From assembly GCF_009914755.1 (NCBI RefSeq), contig NC_060928.1: a DNA stretch of 64,000 nucleotides. One strand, written 5' to 3'. Both the position numbers and the translations under genes were made by a program. The DNA comes from the human T2T-CHM13v2.0 reference genome, Homo sapiens. Below, piece after piece: positions 1-13,585 of this stretch (positions are counted from its first letter, which is position 1; each line of letters starts with the position of its first letter). The notes beneath the pieces are model-generated. The model had not been told where the DNA came from. It saw nothing but the letters and a program-made list of their open reading frames with translations, and made no database searches.

Positions 1-2319
1 TCAAAGGGTAGCATTGTACAAGTGTTCAATTCTACATTATCAGTGCTTACTGCCAATTGAGAAAAAGCAATGAGATAAAAATTCCATCAAACTATGAAAG
101 ATTAATTTTGTCACCTGTGTGAAAGATAAACATTTTAAAGCCATATTGATGGACATTTATAATGAGGTAAAAACAATTCTTGAACTTTTCCCCCCAATTT
201 ATTCTCCATATTTTCATTAAACAAACTTATTAAGTCAGAAAACCTAGTTGATTGCTGCCTGATATATGTCCTACATAATGAATTTCAATTATAATTATTC
301 GGAAGACCTCAATTCTGAATTAGTGTGCTTTTTTTTTTTTTTAACTTTCAGTGCAAACCTTTAACATCGTGTTTCCCATTCTTTATATTCTCTTTAATGA
401 GTATGAATGACAGTGATGTTTCTTGATTCTATAGCATATACTTTGTTAATGTGTAATCTGGAAAAGTTCAAAGCCAAAGAGATACAAGTGTTTGCTTTGT
501 TTTGTTTTACTAATGTAATAATTTACCTACATCAATAAAAAGATAAAGGAAAGTTAGCCTGAACTATTCACCTGATGACTTCCAGTTGAGATTTTATATA
601 ATATCTTAAATACCACAGTGGTCACATAAGCATACAATATTATACATGTGTACTTCTGAAGTTATTTTTCTAACATAATACTATGATATGGCATATTGTA
701 TATTAAATAGAATAATTATTGTCTAAGAAAATACATGTAGTTAATTGTTTCTTTTCTCTAAACTATATTTTTCTCAACAAATTATGTTACAGGCTAATAT
801 ATGATTAAATTGTCACAGATTAGAAAATATTGAAGTTGGTACTAATAAGGTTTATTACAGGTACCCTATCAGAGAATCTAAAAAAAAGTGATACAATTTA
901 ATTTCCCAAACTCTCCCCCTTCTCTGTGTTAAAAATTAACATATTCATATATTCAAAACACATCCAGTGAGTTTCCTTTATATGAACTCAAACACTATTA
1001 GCGACCTCAATAGTTTGATGCAGACACATCTGTTGAAACCATATATAATGAAGCTCATGGCAATCCCAATGGAGCCATAAACAGATATGCTATTCAATAA
1101 CTATTTCAAGTTCATTTATTTAAAAAGTCATAGAACTTTATTTTAGCTCTGTGATTTCAGTGAGAGCCATAGAACTCAATGGCTATATGCTGTTCTAGGG
1201 CTTTGACTACTAAATGTTGTGTTGCAGATTCTGAAGGGTATTTCTAGGAGTAACCAGAAGAGAGCATCCATATCTCAGAGACACGTGGAGCTAAATTAGT
1301 AAGGCACAGAAGGTCTACCACACAGCTTAAGCCAACTCTTTCTGAGGAAATGATGATAAATTTCTTTTGATCATGCACAAATGGCTTAGGAAATGACTGG
1401 GAGGTAGTTGATATTCCAAGATTCAAGCATCTGGTATTCTAAAAAAACCAATATAACTGCGTCCTAGTTCTGCAGATTTGTTATCAAAACAATTTAGGCT
1501 AAGCACTATAGTCATATACTTATTCCAGGGCACATCAGGCTACTAATGTAATTACTGAATGGGTTCTAAGCAGAAGGAAATTAAATTAAGAAAAACTGTT
1601 TTGCATAGCAGTGATTTATGGCCTACTTTACTCCCCAACTAGTGAGAAGTGTGAAATCCAAGTTTTGCAAAATACAGTTTTAATAGTAAAATATTTGAAA
1701 AAGAATTCATAGGAGGAAAAGGAGACTCATCAAATCAAAGGAGAAGTTATAATCACATGTGAGTCTTTACAGTAGTATTTGAACAATAATGGTTCTAATC
1801 CTAGTAAATGAAAATCCATTATTTTTCAAGTGCTGCAGACTATTTCAGATTCTGCTCTGCACTGGGGTATAATTTGAACTCTGTGTATGTGCACATTATT
1901 TGTATATTAATGATGTGGTTTTTCTCTATGTCTTCATTTCTAAGTCCTGATTATTTAAACCCTACTATGCTTTCTGCCCCATAAAATTAGTCTTTGGCAC
2001 TTGAGTCAGAACAGAAAGTTTTCTCATATATCTCATGTCAATTAGGTCAGGTTAACTCATCATAACATTGCATGCTGAACTATATTAAATACATAAATCA
2101 AAAAATGATTAACTGTAAGTTGCAACATTTTCAGGCTTAAAGCATATTAGAAACATTGCTGGAATGAAATAATTTTGCATACATTTTACTGAAGAAATTT
2201 GGAATAGAAAAAGGCTTACAAAATGTTGGATCAATAAGAGATTTCATAATGAAGTACTGTAAATTATTCAGAAAATTATTTTCCTCATTCTTTTACAGTG
2301 TTAAATCTAAATCCTTCCC

Positions 2320-2420
2320 TTTGGTCTCTCTTTCCTTTCTTCCCTTTTTCTTCATTTTTTTCCTATCTTTTCCTTTCTCTCTCTCTCTCATTTCCTTTCT
2401 TCCTTCCTTCTTTTCTTTGC
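2320..2420. repeat. CT-rich low-complexity (polypyrimidine) tract
   Basis: Runs of TTCC/TCTC/TTTC seen directly. Confidence 0.7.
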
Positions 2421-2763
2421 AAGTCTAATATCCTGAGATCTCAATTCCTTGTAATGTGGTAATTACAACCCAACCAAGGACAACACTACTTCTTAATTAT
2501 ATTTTTGATCAATAATATCTCTGACAATCTGACAAGTATGGAGAGTCATCACAAAAAAACATGTATATGAACATAAAACTTTTATTAGATTTAGAGAATT
2601 TAAAAATTTTTCTCCCAAGCCTAAACAGAGACATTATAGCGACTGATTCATGAACTTCATGTTAGAAAAGAAAGCAAAAACAACTTGAGGTTGAGTACAT
2701 TATTTTAAATACCTTATGGTGAATGTAACATTTCAAAGAAAAACTAAGTGATGTTACTATAAG

Positions 2764-3532
2764 TGAAACAGGAAACCTTCCCTTGTCACCCTTGCAGGGC
2801 ATGCGATGGGGATGTGGCTTGCTTCTTTGGTGCCCCACTGCTCACACCTCTAGGGGAGCATGCAGATGGGCAGGCTGTGGGGCTCTGACCCCACAGCAGT
2901 GTCCAGGGGTGAATGTTTATAGCTGAAGCCCCAGTGTCATGTGTTACAGTGTGTTCTTTCAGTTTAGCCGTCCCTAGGCAGCTTGTGTTAGTCAGCTCTA
3001 TTAGACTGCCTGCCTCACTCAAGGACAGAGGGCTTTCTGTATCCCAGGGTTTCTTGCCTTGGTGCACCATAAGAATTATATAACACATGGGTTCGGAGAA
3101 TGAGTGCAAGGTTTTATTGAGTGGAAGTAGCTCTCAGCAGATGGGGGAGCCAGAAAGGAGATGGAGTGGGAAGGTGGTTTTCCCCTGGAGTCAGGGCACT
3201 CAGTGGCCAGGCTTTCCTCCAGCTGCCCCAGCCAAACTCCACATTGTTCTGCCGGTTGATGACCTGCCACACTGCTGGTGCCTGCCAGTGCCTGTCAGTA
3301 TGCTCTTCTGCCAGTGTGTTCCTTGTGATATCCAGCCGCTTGTGTCTCTGCCAGCTAGGGTCACAGCACAGGGTTGTGGCAGGCCAGGGTAGTCTTGGGA
3401 AATGCAACATTTGGGCACAAAAACAAAAATGCCTGTCCTCAACTAGATCCCAGGGCACAGGCCTCGGGGTGGAGCCCTTACCAAGGACCCACCCTTCTCT
3501 ACCAAGCACTTCCCTGCCCCACTCCCATATCA
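2764..3532 (-). mobile_element. Solo ERV1 LTR, LTR1-like
   Basis: TG...CA termini and a 4-bp TSD TAAG (2760-2763 / 3533-3536). The minus strand starts TGATATGGGAGTGGGGCAGGGAAGTGCT as in LTR1-family LTRs; AATAAA on minus at ~3113-3118. Confidence 0.85.
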
Positions 3533-3870
3533 TAAGCACTAAACAGATAAGCTCAAAGGTATTTTAACTAGAAATATTATATGACTTCCACCTTACTGAA
3601 TTATATGCATAGTATGTAAAACCTTGAGATAAGGAGTCCATCTGTCAATTAATGATTCATCTAAAAGATTGTTACTGAACAACTAGAATGGGCCAGGCAT
3701 TGCTTTAAAAAAGGAATGTAAGACAACTATTTGCAAACAGTCCAGTTGCAGGCAAGTATATTATCTCTTTTCCATGCCATCTTAACATGCAGTCATTTGA
3801 ATATTAATATATATGCCACAGGATACCCTAATAAAGGTAATATCCATAATAGATAATAGTTTTTGAGCAC

Positions 3871-4520
3871 TATAAACCCATAAAGTCTGAGACAATCAAT
3901 CAATTTAGAAGTTTATTTTGCCAAAGTTAAGGACATGGCTGTGACACAGCCTCGGAGGGTCATGACAGCATGTGCCTGAGGTGTTTGGGCTATACCTTGG
4001 TTTTATATTTTAGGGAGACATAAGACATCAATCCATACTTTTAAGATGTACGTTGGTTCAGTCCAGAAAGGCAGGACAACTCATAGTGGAGGGAGGGCCT
4101 TCCAGGTCGTAGGTGGATTTGAAGATTTTTTGATCAGTAATTGGTAGAAAGAATTTATCTAAAGGCCTAGAATCAATAGAAGAAAGTGATATCTGGGTTA
4201 AGATAAAGGGTTTTGGAGACCAAGGCTGTTATTATGAAGATAAAGCTTCCACGTAGTAGGCTCAGAGAGAATAGATTGTAAATGTCTCCTATCAGACATA
4301 ACCAGTCCGTTCCGTCAGTCATAAGATCTCCATTTTAATATTAATGCTGGTCTGTTGTGCCTGATTTCCAAAGGGAGGAAGGTATAATTAGGCATGTCCA
4401 ACCCCCACTTCCCATTATGACCAACTAGTGTTTCAAGTTGACTTTAGAATGCCCTTGGCCAAGAGGAAGAGTTCATTCAGTTGGTGGGGGGGTGGTTAGA
4501 ATTTTACTTTTTGGTTTGCA
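3871..4520 (-). mobile_element. Solo ERV1 LTR, MER4 family, inserted in a MIR remnant
   Basis: MER4 hallmark CAATTTAGAAGTTTATTTTGCCAA...AAGGAC and end ...TTTTTGGTTTGCA; 4-bp TSD GCAC (3867-3870 / 4521-4524). Confidence 0.85.
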
Positions 4521-5259
4521 GCACTATGTAGCAATCATGCTCAGCTCTTTACACGTACTTACTCATTTAATTATGAGTATTAAATAAAAGGAAGTACATA
4601 GAAATATATTATAAACTGTAAATACATTTGCAACTTTTCCACAAGTGGTGGGGAATAGAACTATTATCTAAGAAACAGTAAGCTTAATCCCTGGATGGTT
4701 TGAAGATATAAAGTAGCCTACTGTGAGTGAAATGTTTTTAACATTTTATCATGTAAATAAATTACAGACCTGTTGTATTGCATTTAGTAATACATTTCAC
4801 TATGAAAACAATGTATTTGGCAAGCAAATTAACACCTTTTTTAAGCTCAAATATTTGCCCTAGCTGTGCACATGTGTAGTTGTGCACACTCACACATACA
4901 CCACACACAGACAATAGTTCTGAGAGATATAAGGTGGCAAATTGTCAGAGGCAAAAGGAAGTGAAAAACAAGAAGGAGCAGGTAAAGTCCCAGGGCTAAA
5001 ACTCTCCAGCCCTTCACCACTTGTTTATCCATGGTTCTAAGCCACAAACCTTATCCTATAGGCACTATACGTAGGAACTATTTCATGTCTTTATTCCCAG
5101 ACCTCAAGAAGTAAATTGCTTCTGGTATCTCATTGAAGAAATTATAGAAGAGTCTCTGAGCGAAAGATTTAGAGATAGGAGATTCACATTTGAATCCTGG
5201 TCAGGTACTTGATAGCAGTATGAAACTCGACCCAGACCCATCTATAGAGATGATCATAG

Positions 5260-5320
5260 CAATATAAATAAATATATAAAAATATATAATATATATGCTT
5301 ATATATATTTTATATATAAA
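5260..5320. repeat. TA-rich low-complexity tract
   Basis: Degenerate (TA)n seen directly. Confidence 0.7.
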
Positions 5321-5746
5321 CATGCAGCCATGTGAGTTTTAATATCTATGTCACAGGATATCCTAATAAATGTAGTATCACTAATAGATATTAGTTTATT
5401 ATATCTAATCTTAATTTATATATTATTCTGCAGCTCTCACCCATCCCCCATATATGAACATTTTAATTTAAGTGCATTTTAACTAATTTCCCTGATCTTC
5501 CATTTAAAAAGACACTTTATTTCCTTCATTTGGAGGATGTGAGAAAACGAAGTAGGCTTAGAAAAACTCTATATGCATTACAAATTAATACAAGTATGTG
5601 GCAATAATCCGATATGTCATATACACATAGTAACTGTTACTGCATATGAAGTTTTTTTTTAAATGCCTACTTCTTAACCTACATCCTCTAGATTTTGTAC
5701 TGGAAAACAAGGGATCATGTAGATGAGAATGAAGAATTAAATATGT

Positions 5747-5928
5747 GATTTTTATGGGTTTCCTGGTATTTATATAAACAACACGAACATTTCTTATTTA
5801 CAATTAATAACATTTTGAGATGGTAAATATAAAAGCACTTTTTATTTTTTAAATTTCTGTATAGATATTAATTGTAAATACGAAATGTTTGTATTGTTTA
5901 TATAAATACCAGTAAGCCTATATAAATC
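5747..5928. repeat. Inverted repeat, 63-bp arms, 56-bp spacer
   Basis: 5747-5809 versus the reverse complement of 5866-5928: 56/63 identical, no gaps. Confidence 0.9.
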
Positions 5929-6344
5929 TTAGAGAAATATTTATCTTTATCCTGTAACATACTCAAAGATTATTCCTCTACATGATGAAGGGAAATAAAA
6001 CAAAATGGTTTTACATTAAAATGTTGACATATGGGGGCTGGGTGAGATAATATGACTTACACTAAAAAAAAAAAGAAAGAATATGAAAGCAAGTTGGTTT
6101 GCACTAAAAAACATTAATGAAGGATTGTATAAGTAGGAAAATTTGATAGCTCTTCTTACTTCCCCTCACTACCTGAGAGATACCTATGTTTCTTACCTTC
6201 ACAATGAAGTGATCCAATTTATGCTTTCCCGTCTTATTTCTCAGAACATCCTTTCACAAAACCAATAATCAGCTGAAGTTATTTTTGTTACCAAAGATAC
6301 ATTGAACATTCATACTTCTTTACTTTGTGCTTATTCTAGGACTC

Positions 6345-6812
6345 AATATTAGTTTCCCATTGTGGCTGTATCAAATTACCACACATTTAGTTGCTTAAAC
6401 AGCACAAAGGTATGTTCTTATTATTCTGAAAATTAGACACCTGAAATGAGTCTTACTGAGCCAAAATCAAGTGTCTGCAAGGATATATTTATTTTCAAAT
6501 GTCAACTGAAGTACCCATTTTCTTGCTTTTTCCAGCTCCTAGCTACTGCTGCTTAAATTCATTGGCTTGGGGCCGCTTTTTTCATCTTCAAACACAGCAG
6601 TGTAGCATCTTCAAATTTCTGATACTGATTTCACAATTCCAGTTAAATGACCTTTGCGATTATATTGTGTCTACTTTGATAATCAAGAATAATCTCCCTA
6701 TTTTCACATTATCTGATTATCAACTTTAATTCTCACTTGCCAGATAACATATTTATGGGTTCCTTGGATTAAAAATTGAACAATTTTGGTGGCCATCATT
6801 CTGTCTAATGCA
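6345..6812 (-). mobile_element. MaLR LTR (MLT1C/D-like)
   Basis: TTAGTTTCC..TGGCTG..CAAATTACCAC start and ...GGCCATCATTCTGTCTAATGCA end, typical of MLT1. Confidence 0.75.
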
Positions 6813-8797
6813 GATCCCAATCCAAACTCATATCTCTCTTATTCTGTAGCAGTTGCTTATTATCTATAACTATGAATTGTTTTATAGCATTATTTTCATT
6901 GCTATTTGTGTAACTTATCCTTCTGAACAGCATTCTCAATGCATTAAATTTATTCATATTCCTTTCAGGGTTTGACACCCTGAAGGGCCAGCCTAGCACC
7001 CCAAATCTAAATATATCTTTATATTCTTTCTAAAAGTTACTTTTCAAGAAACCTAAAATAAGACATTAACTTTAATCAATTGAGGTATTGTACCTCAGGA
7101 CACTCAGCTGGTTATTTGATACTTTTTAACAATTCATGCATATGCTTTGATGGCTCATCAGAAATTCATAACAAACCAGATGATCAATGCTGATACAATG
7201 GCCATGTGCAGATACAATTTATTCTAAAGCTGCAGTTATCAGAACTCGATTGCAGAGTAAGATAGACTCTTTGCAAAGTATCCAGGCATTGGGAAGAAAG
7301 TGAGAAGCACAAAAGGCTTACCGATACCCACTTCTGCTCCTGCTGGTTCTCTTATTACCCAAGTGCTCTTGCAGATATTGTCCCTAATTTCAGTAGTTGA
7401 ATTAAGAGGCAGACCTGTGTGCACATGGAGATAGTCCATCTGAAGGAAAACCTGAATGTGGAACCAAACCTGTGCCAAAGTAAATGTTGCATCTAAATGG
7501 TTCTCCTCACATGACTGCCACTGCTGAGACAGGCCCAGCTACATGCTGAGCTAGATTGACAGAGAATGCAAATCATTTTCCCCTATTTTTTAAGGAGGAA
7601 TTGAGTGCTCACATGTAGCTTACTTGCAATGACATTTCCTATTTTGCTTTCCCTAGAGGATATATATGCTCATGTATATTTAAAATTGAAAGCAATTCTA
7701 TTTTCCAGTTTTAATGTGTGATTGGTTCATTTTTTTAAGGATTTAAATGCTAGTGATATCATTGAATAGATATGAGATTTATTTTAGGAGCAAATGCTAA
7801 ATTTTGCTTCTTCTATTTGCTTTTCACATGTATTCCCTCCCTCTGGATACCTATACTATTTTACAACATATGAACTTAAATTTTCATTGCCAAGCTGCAG
7901 GTTACTAACCATTTTGTTAGTAAAAATTATAAGATTCTAAATTCTTATTCATGTAATCATATCTTGAGTGCCACTGAATCTATAGGTGTGATATTACTAA
8001 ATAGATGAAGAACAATAAAATTGGATTCATTCTGTGGGGCTAATTCTTCAGGGAAACAACATAAGTGTATCCTAGACAAACTAAAGCTGTAGATATGGAC
8101 ACCTTGCTTATTTTACCTGTATAAAAATAAACCACAATCTTTTGACAATTGTCTTCTGTTAGAGTTTTTCTTTTGTTAAATAAGGGAGAAGATGAAATAG
8201 AAAGACACAAAAATACTGACTTTTCTTCAATTTGGCAGTCAACATGAATAGCATTCAGCTTTTTTTGAGAGTTTATATCTGTTTTGCATATGTATTTAAT
8301 TATTTTGATAAATGCAACACTTTTTGCCCTGGTAGAGTTACAGCATGCTTTTACTGAGACCTGACTGATTAGCAGAAAGAGTTTATTCAACATGAGGCTC
8401 AGAATTATGGCAAATGGTTACTATCGTCTATGTTCTAATGTTATATTTATCTGTCCTTTATTAGGGTATTATGCATGGTTTATATATACATATAAAGAAT
8501 AAATAAATATCTGAGTTTTTTATAAATACTAGTAATTCAGCCTTTCATTTTACCTTTGAGTTGTTATTTTTTGTGTGGATGGTCTGTTGTATCAGTGGTA
8601 GCAGAGTACCCAGTCCTGAGGGAGAAGGTACTCAGAGGCAAAACTTAGCAAATCAAACATCCAACTTCTGTCATGCATCATGAAATGTGAACTTTAACTC
8701 CAATACTGGAAGAGTGCTCACCATCCAAGGCACAGTTCTTGGGATGTGTGTACGTTGTGTTACTTAAACCTAACTTAAAAATAGGTGGGTACTGTAA

Positions 8798-9253
8798 GAT
8801 TTTCCTGTTGCCACTATAACAAATTACCACAAACTTGATGACTGAAAACAATAAAACTTTATTCTCTTATAGTTTTCTGGAAGTCAGAAGTCCAAAATCA
8901 GTTTCACTTAAGCTAAATTCAAGTTGTCGGTAGGCCTGTTTCTTGTGGAGGCTGTGAGGGGATAAGCCACTTCCTTTTATTTTTCAGCTCCTGTGGCTGT
9001 GCTTCTTTTATCACCTCCCATCTCATTATGGTTTGTAGTATTCTTTGCTCCGAGGAAATATTAAAACAATGTCGAAACACAAAGTAAGTGTATAATACAG
9101 TGGGGTTAGTAACAATCAGTCCAGGGAAAACAAACAAGACTGTTTTGTGTGTAGACCCAACCTGACTATTTTAAGATTCACTAATTCTTCTGAAGAAAAC
9201 AAACAGTATATGCATTCAGATTTGTGAAAAAATTTATTTTTTTATTTCATAAT
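8798..9253. repeat. Mosaic local duplication (inverted copies of 9576-9784 and 9502-9518, direct copy of 10035-10248)
   Basis: Hand alignment gives ~94% identity for both long segments. Confidence 0.9.
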
Positions 9254-9259
9254 AGTACC

Positions 9260-9790
9260 TGTGTAAGGCTGAAAAAAAAAAAAGAGTCCCAAGGATATCT
9301 AAATTCTAAACCCCAGAAGGTACAAATGTTCCCTTTTATGACAATGGAGATTTGCAGATGGGATTAAGTTAGTGAGAAAGATAAAATAGAGATAAAGTAA
9401 GGATGTTGAGATTATCTTGTATTATCCCTGTGAGCTCTAAAAGTAATCACAAGTGTCTAAGAAAAAAACCTAGGAAGTTTTCACTTTAGAACCTGAGAAG
9501 AGAGGTGATAAAAGAAGCAGAGATTGAAGTGATGTGCTTTAGAGAAGGAAGAAGGGGCCACAAGCCAAGGAATACGCACAGCCACAAGGAGCTGAAAAAT
9601 AAAAGGAAGTGGATTATCCCCTCACAGTCTCCACAAGGAAACAGGCCTGCCAACAACTTGACTTTAGCTTAAGTGAAACTGATTTTGGACTTCTGACTCT
9701 CAGAAAACACTATAAGAGAATAAAGTTTTATTGTTTTCAGTCATCAAGTTTGTGGTAATTTGTTATGGTAGCAACAGGAAAATCATGATG
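9260..9790 (+). mobile_element. MaLR LTR (MLT1D-like)
   Basis: GCCACAAGCCAAGGAAT..., GGACTTCTGAC...AATAAA...TTTGTGGTAATTTGTTATGGTAGCAACAGGAAA motifs. Confidence 0.85.
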
Positions 9791-10261
9791 GTTTACAGAC
9801 TTCTGGCTTTCAAGACTAATATTTATGATTACTAAGAGGTAAGGATCAACATTTAGATGAGGAAAATCTATTTTTTATATCATTATCATAATTGTATAAA
9901 GACTGTTATTTCAATACTAATCAGGAATAAAGAATGTGTGCCATACTGATTCTAAAAGTGCCTTACCTTTTGCCTTTTGGCTTTCACAATCATGTAAATA
10001 TAAACATACATTAAATAGGCCCACTTTCTCCAGGATTCTTTGCTCCGAGGAAAGATTGCAACAATGTCAAAACACAAAGTAAGTGTATAATACAGTGAGG
10101 TTAGTAACAATCAATCCAGGGAAAACAAACAAGCCTGTTTTGTATGTAGACCCAACCTGACTATTTTAAGATTCACTAATTCTTCTGAAGAAAAAAACAG
10201 TATATACATTCAGATTTGTGAAAAAATTTTATTTTTTATTTTCGTAATGGTTGGTTAATTT

Positions 10262-11070
10262 CATTGTTTCAGATTGGGATCCCTAGGGGTAAGGCCTGAA
10301 ACATGAATTTCTTACACATGATTTATTGAGGGAGAACTCTCAAGAAAGCAGAAGTGAAGGTAAAAGAGAGCTGTATTAGTACGTTCTTGCACTGCTATAA
10401 AGAAATACCTGAGACTGGGTAATTTACAAAGAAGAGATGTTTAATTGGCTCACAGTTCTGTGGGCTATACAGGAAGCATAGCAGCTTCTGCTTCTGGGGA
10501 GGCTTCAGGGAGTTTTTAATCATGGTGGAAGGCAAAGGAGAAATGAGGCATCTGCGTGGCAGGAGCAAAAGGAAGAGAGAGAGACGGGAGGTGCTACACA
10601 CTTTCAAAACAACCATACCTTATCAAACTCACTCACTCACTATCGCAAGAACAGCACCAAGAGGATGGTGCTAAACCATTCATGAAAACTCTGCCCCCAT
10701 GATTCAGTCACCTCCCATTAGGCCCCACCTCAAACACTGGGTATTACAATTTGACATGATATTTGGATGGGGGCAAAGATCCAAACCATATCAAGAGCAA
10801 AGAAAGGAACAAAATAAAGATATGTCTCAGGAAGGCTATAGCTATGGCCTAATCTCACAGGGAGCTTCTGAGCACAGAGTTTGTCACTTGCAACAGGGCC
10901 TGGCCTACTGTAACCCTTGTGAGTCAGTCATTGACTGCAGGCTGTGTCTGAAGTTGAGTCTGATAACCTGACTCCCATTTAGCATTCTGACAAGAGCCAG
11001 TCTCTCAAAAGGAGCTAGCAGGATACTGTTAGGATCTAATGCTTACACTAACTTGGCTGGGTACCAACAA
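10262..11070 (-). mobile_element. Old ERVL LTR (LTR16/LTR33-like) interrupted by an MST LTR
   Basis: GATTTATTGAGGGAG..CTCTCA and CACAGGGAGCTTCTG motifs flank the MST on both sides; boundaries approximate. Confidence 0.55.
10372..10793 (-). mobile_element. MaLR solo LTR (MSTA/MSTB)
   Basis: TGTATTAGT...CCTGAGACTGGGTAATTTA...CCAAACCATATCA; 5-bp TSD AGAGC (10367-10371 / 10794-10798). Confidence 0.9.
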
Positions 11071-11443
11071 TGTCCCCTAAATCCCTAGCACCACAATTCT
11101 GAAATATCTTTTTTACTCAAATAGCATGTCTTTGGGAAATCATTTAATTTTTGTATATCCTATCTCTCCCCTCACCCTAAATTTTGTAAATATCTCTGGT
11201 TTTCAAAATGACTTATAGCTATAACTACATAGTTAAATCAATTTGGGTAAAAGGGGTAAAGTTAGTTAGCTAATTAATTCAATATACTAAATTGTTTGGT
11301 TTCATATTATTGGCAAATATCCTCTGATAATTGTTCTATTATAAATGGTTAGTGGGCCATATGTAAACATAACTGAAATACCAATACTATATATTTAAAT
11401 ATTATCCTACTTTGCTTCACATGATTGAACTATAAGATATATA

Positions 11444-11778
<335 letters not shown>

Positions 11779-13141
11779 TAAACATTTTGTGTTTGAAAAC
11801 ACAAATTATTACATATTGAGTATGTAATAGTGCTTTTACTTCCAACATGAATCATGTAAAATTATGATCTGTCAAAAACCTGTGGTCATTGCCTGACCCA
11901 TTTCATTAAAAAAAAAGTTCTTCAAGCTTATTCTAAGAGGAAACAATGTCTTAAGCAAACAGCTTGTTGCATCAGACCATGAAACTTAAAATAACTTTTA
12001 CCTAAGTAAGTTTGTTGGAAAAATGGCAATTTTCCTATTTAGTTAATTTCTCAGTGATCCATGACCTCAAATAATACAGCAGTGGCACACCGACTGCTTG
12101 CGATGCATCTGAAGAAAAACTATGGCAACAAGTTCACCATATTTGTAATTAGGAGTCTGAAAAAGTCTTCAACCAATCTCTCATAAATAGAAAGCTCTGA
12201 CATTTTCAGACTCCAGGCCGTGAAGGGCACAGGCATTATTTGATGTATCGTTAAGAAAGAGGCCCTGCACTTCCTGCAATATATTTGGCTGATAAGCTGC
12301 CGTAAGCCTATCCAGTGTAGTAAATGAAGAAATGAGAGGAGAAAGTTTCTTTATGAGATCACAAAAATACTGCATTTCTAATTTCCCTAGCTTCATCAAC
12401 GAAGTAAACATGACCAAATAAAGCACCCAGAGAAAACTTACAGACTTTGCAATCTAAATGTATTTATTTATAGTGTTTTGCAAATATATAATGACAAAGC
12501 CAACCATAAATTCCTCATGCTTTTTTTCTTGTCCTGATCTAATTAAGTTAATTTTAAAGGGAATTCCATTTTCCTTTTGAATGTTTCATTTGCTACCATA
12601 AACACATTGGTACATTTGCCAACTCCAGTTCTCAAAAACAAACCCCTTAATTCTTTTTTTTTTTGTAGTTTCGTTCAGATACTAGATTTTCTAAGTAGGA
12701 GGTGGAAGCAGAAAGTCCAAACATCATCATCCTCAAAGCCACCACTAAATCAGAAAGTACAAAGTGCTTCAAATTTAATTCTACTCTTAAATCAATCTTT
12801 CCCAACCCTTTAGCAAAGAAAATGTGGCATTTTTCTTCTGGTTCTTCAAAGCTATGGCTGTATACATAAATAAAGCAAATACAAATGCACATAAATTATA
12901 GAAGCTGCATATAGAAATTCACATAAATCAATTAAGAAAACTACATGTTGCTCTGATTTATTTAACCTTAAAATATTAGGTAGCTCCTTGGATTCTCATC
13001 CAAATAACAATATCCATTTACAGTCCCTGTCTTACTTAGTAAATCATCCTAACACTCCCAATCTCTCAGGCAGCCAAGAACATAGCTGCCGGGAGTACAC
13101 ATATTTTGACCATCTAATTGTAATACTATACAGTATGTTAA

Positions 13142-13585
13142 GTATTGTCTTTGTTTATGTTGCTCTAAAGGAATACCTGAGGCTGGACAAATTATACAGA
13201 AAAGAAATTTATTTGACTCACGGTTCTGCAGGCTGCATAACAAACATGGTGCCAGCCTCTGCTTCTGGTGAGGAACTTAGGCTGTTTCCATTCTTAGTGC
13301 AAGCAGACGGGAACAGGCATGCATAGATCACATGGTGAGAGAGAGAAAGAGAGAGAAGAGAGAGGTGCCAGGCCCTTTTTGTCAATCAGTTTCAGTGGGA
13401 ACTAACAAAGCAGGAACTCAGTCACCCCTGTACCATGCTCCCTGCCCCCACCAACAGCAAAGGCATTAATTTATTCATGATGGATCCACACCCATGACCC
13501 AGACACCACCCACTAGGACCCACCTCTAAAACTGGGATCAAATTTCAACATGAGATTTAGAAGGAAAAAATATCCAAACTATTCA
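13142..13585 (-). mobile_element. MaLR solo LTR (MSTB-like)
   Basis: AAAGGAATACCTGAGGCTGG...CTCACGGTTCTGCAGGCTG...TTTCAACATGAGATTT...ATCCAAACTATTCA. Confidence 0.85.

Noticed and set aside
2786-3567. Six overlapping 64-148 aa ORFs
   Set aside because: All lie essentially within the GC-rich LTR1-like solo LTR; no protein motifs.
12060-12890. Unique-looking segment with short ORFs (12181-12426, 12577-12892)
   Set aside because: No recognisable domain, splice structure or TE identity that I can support.
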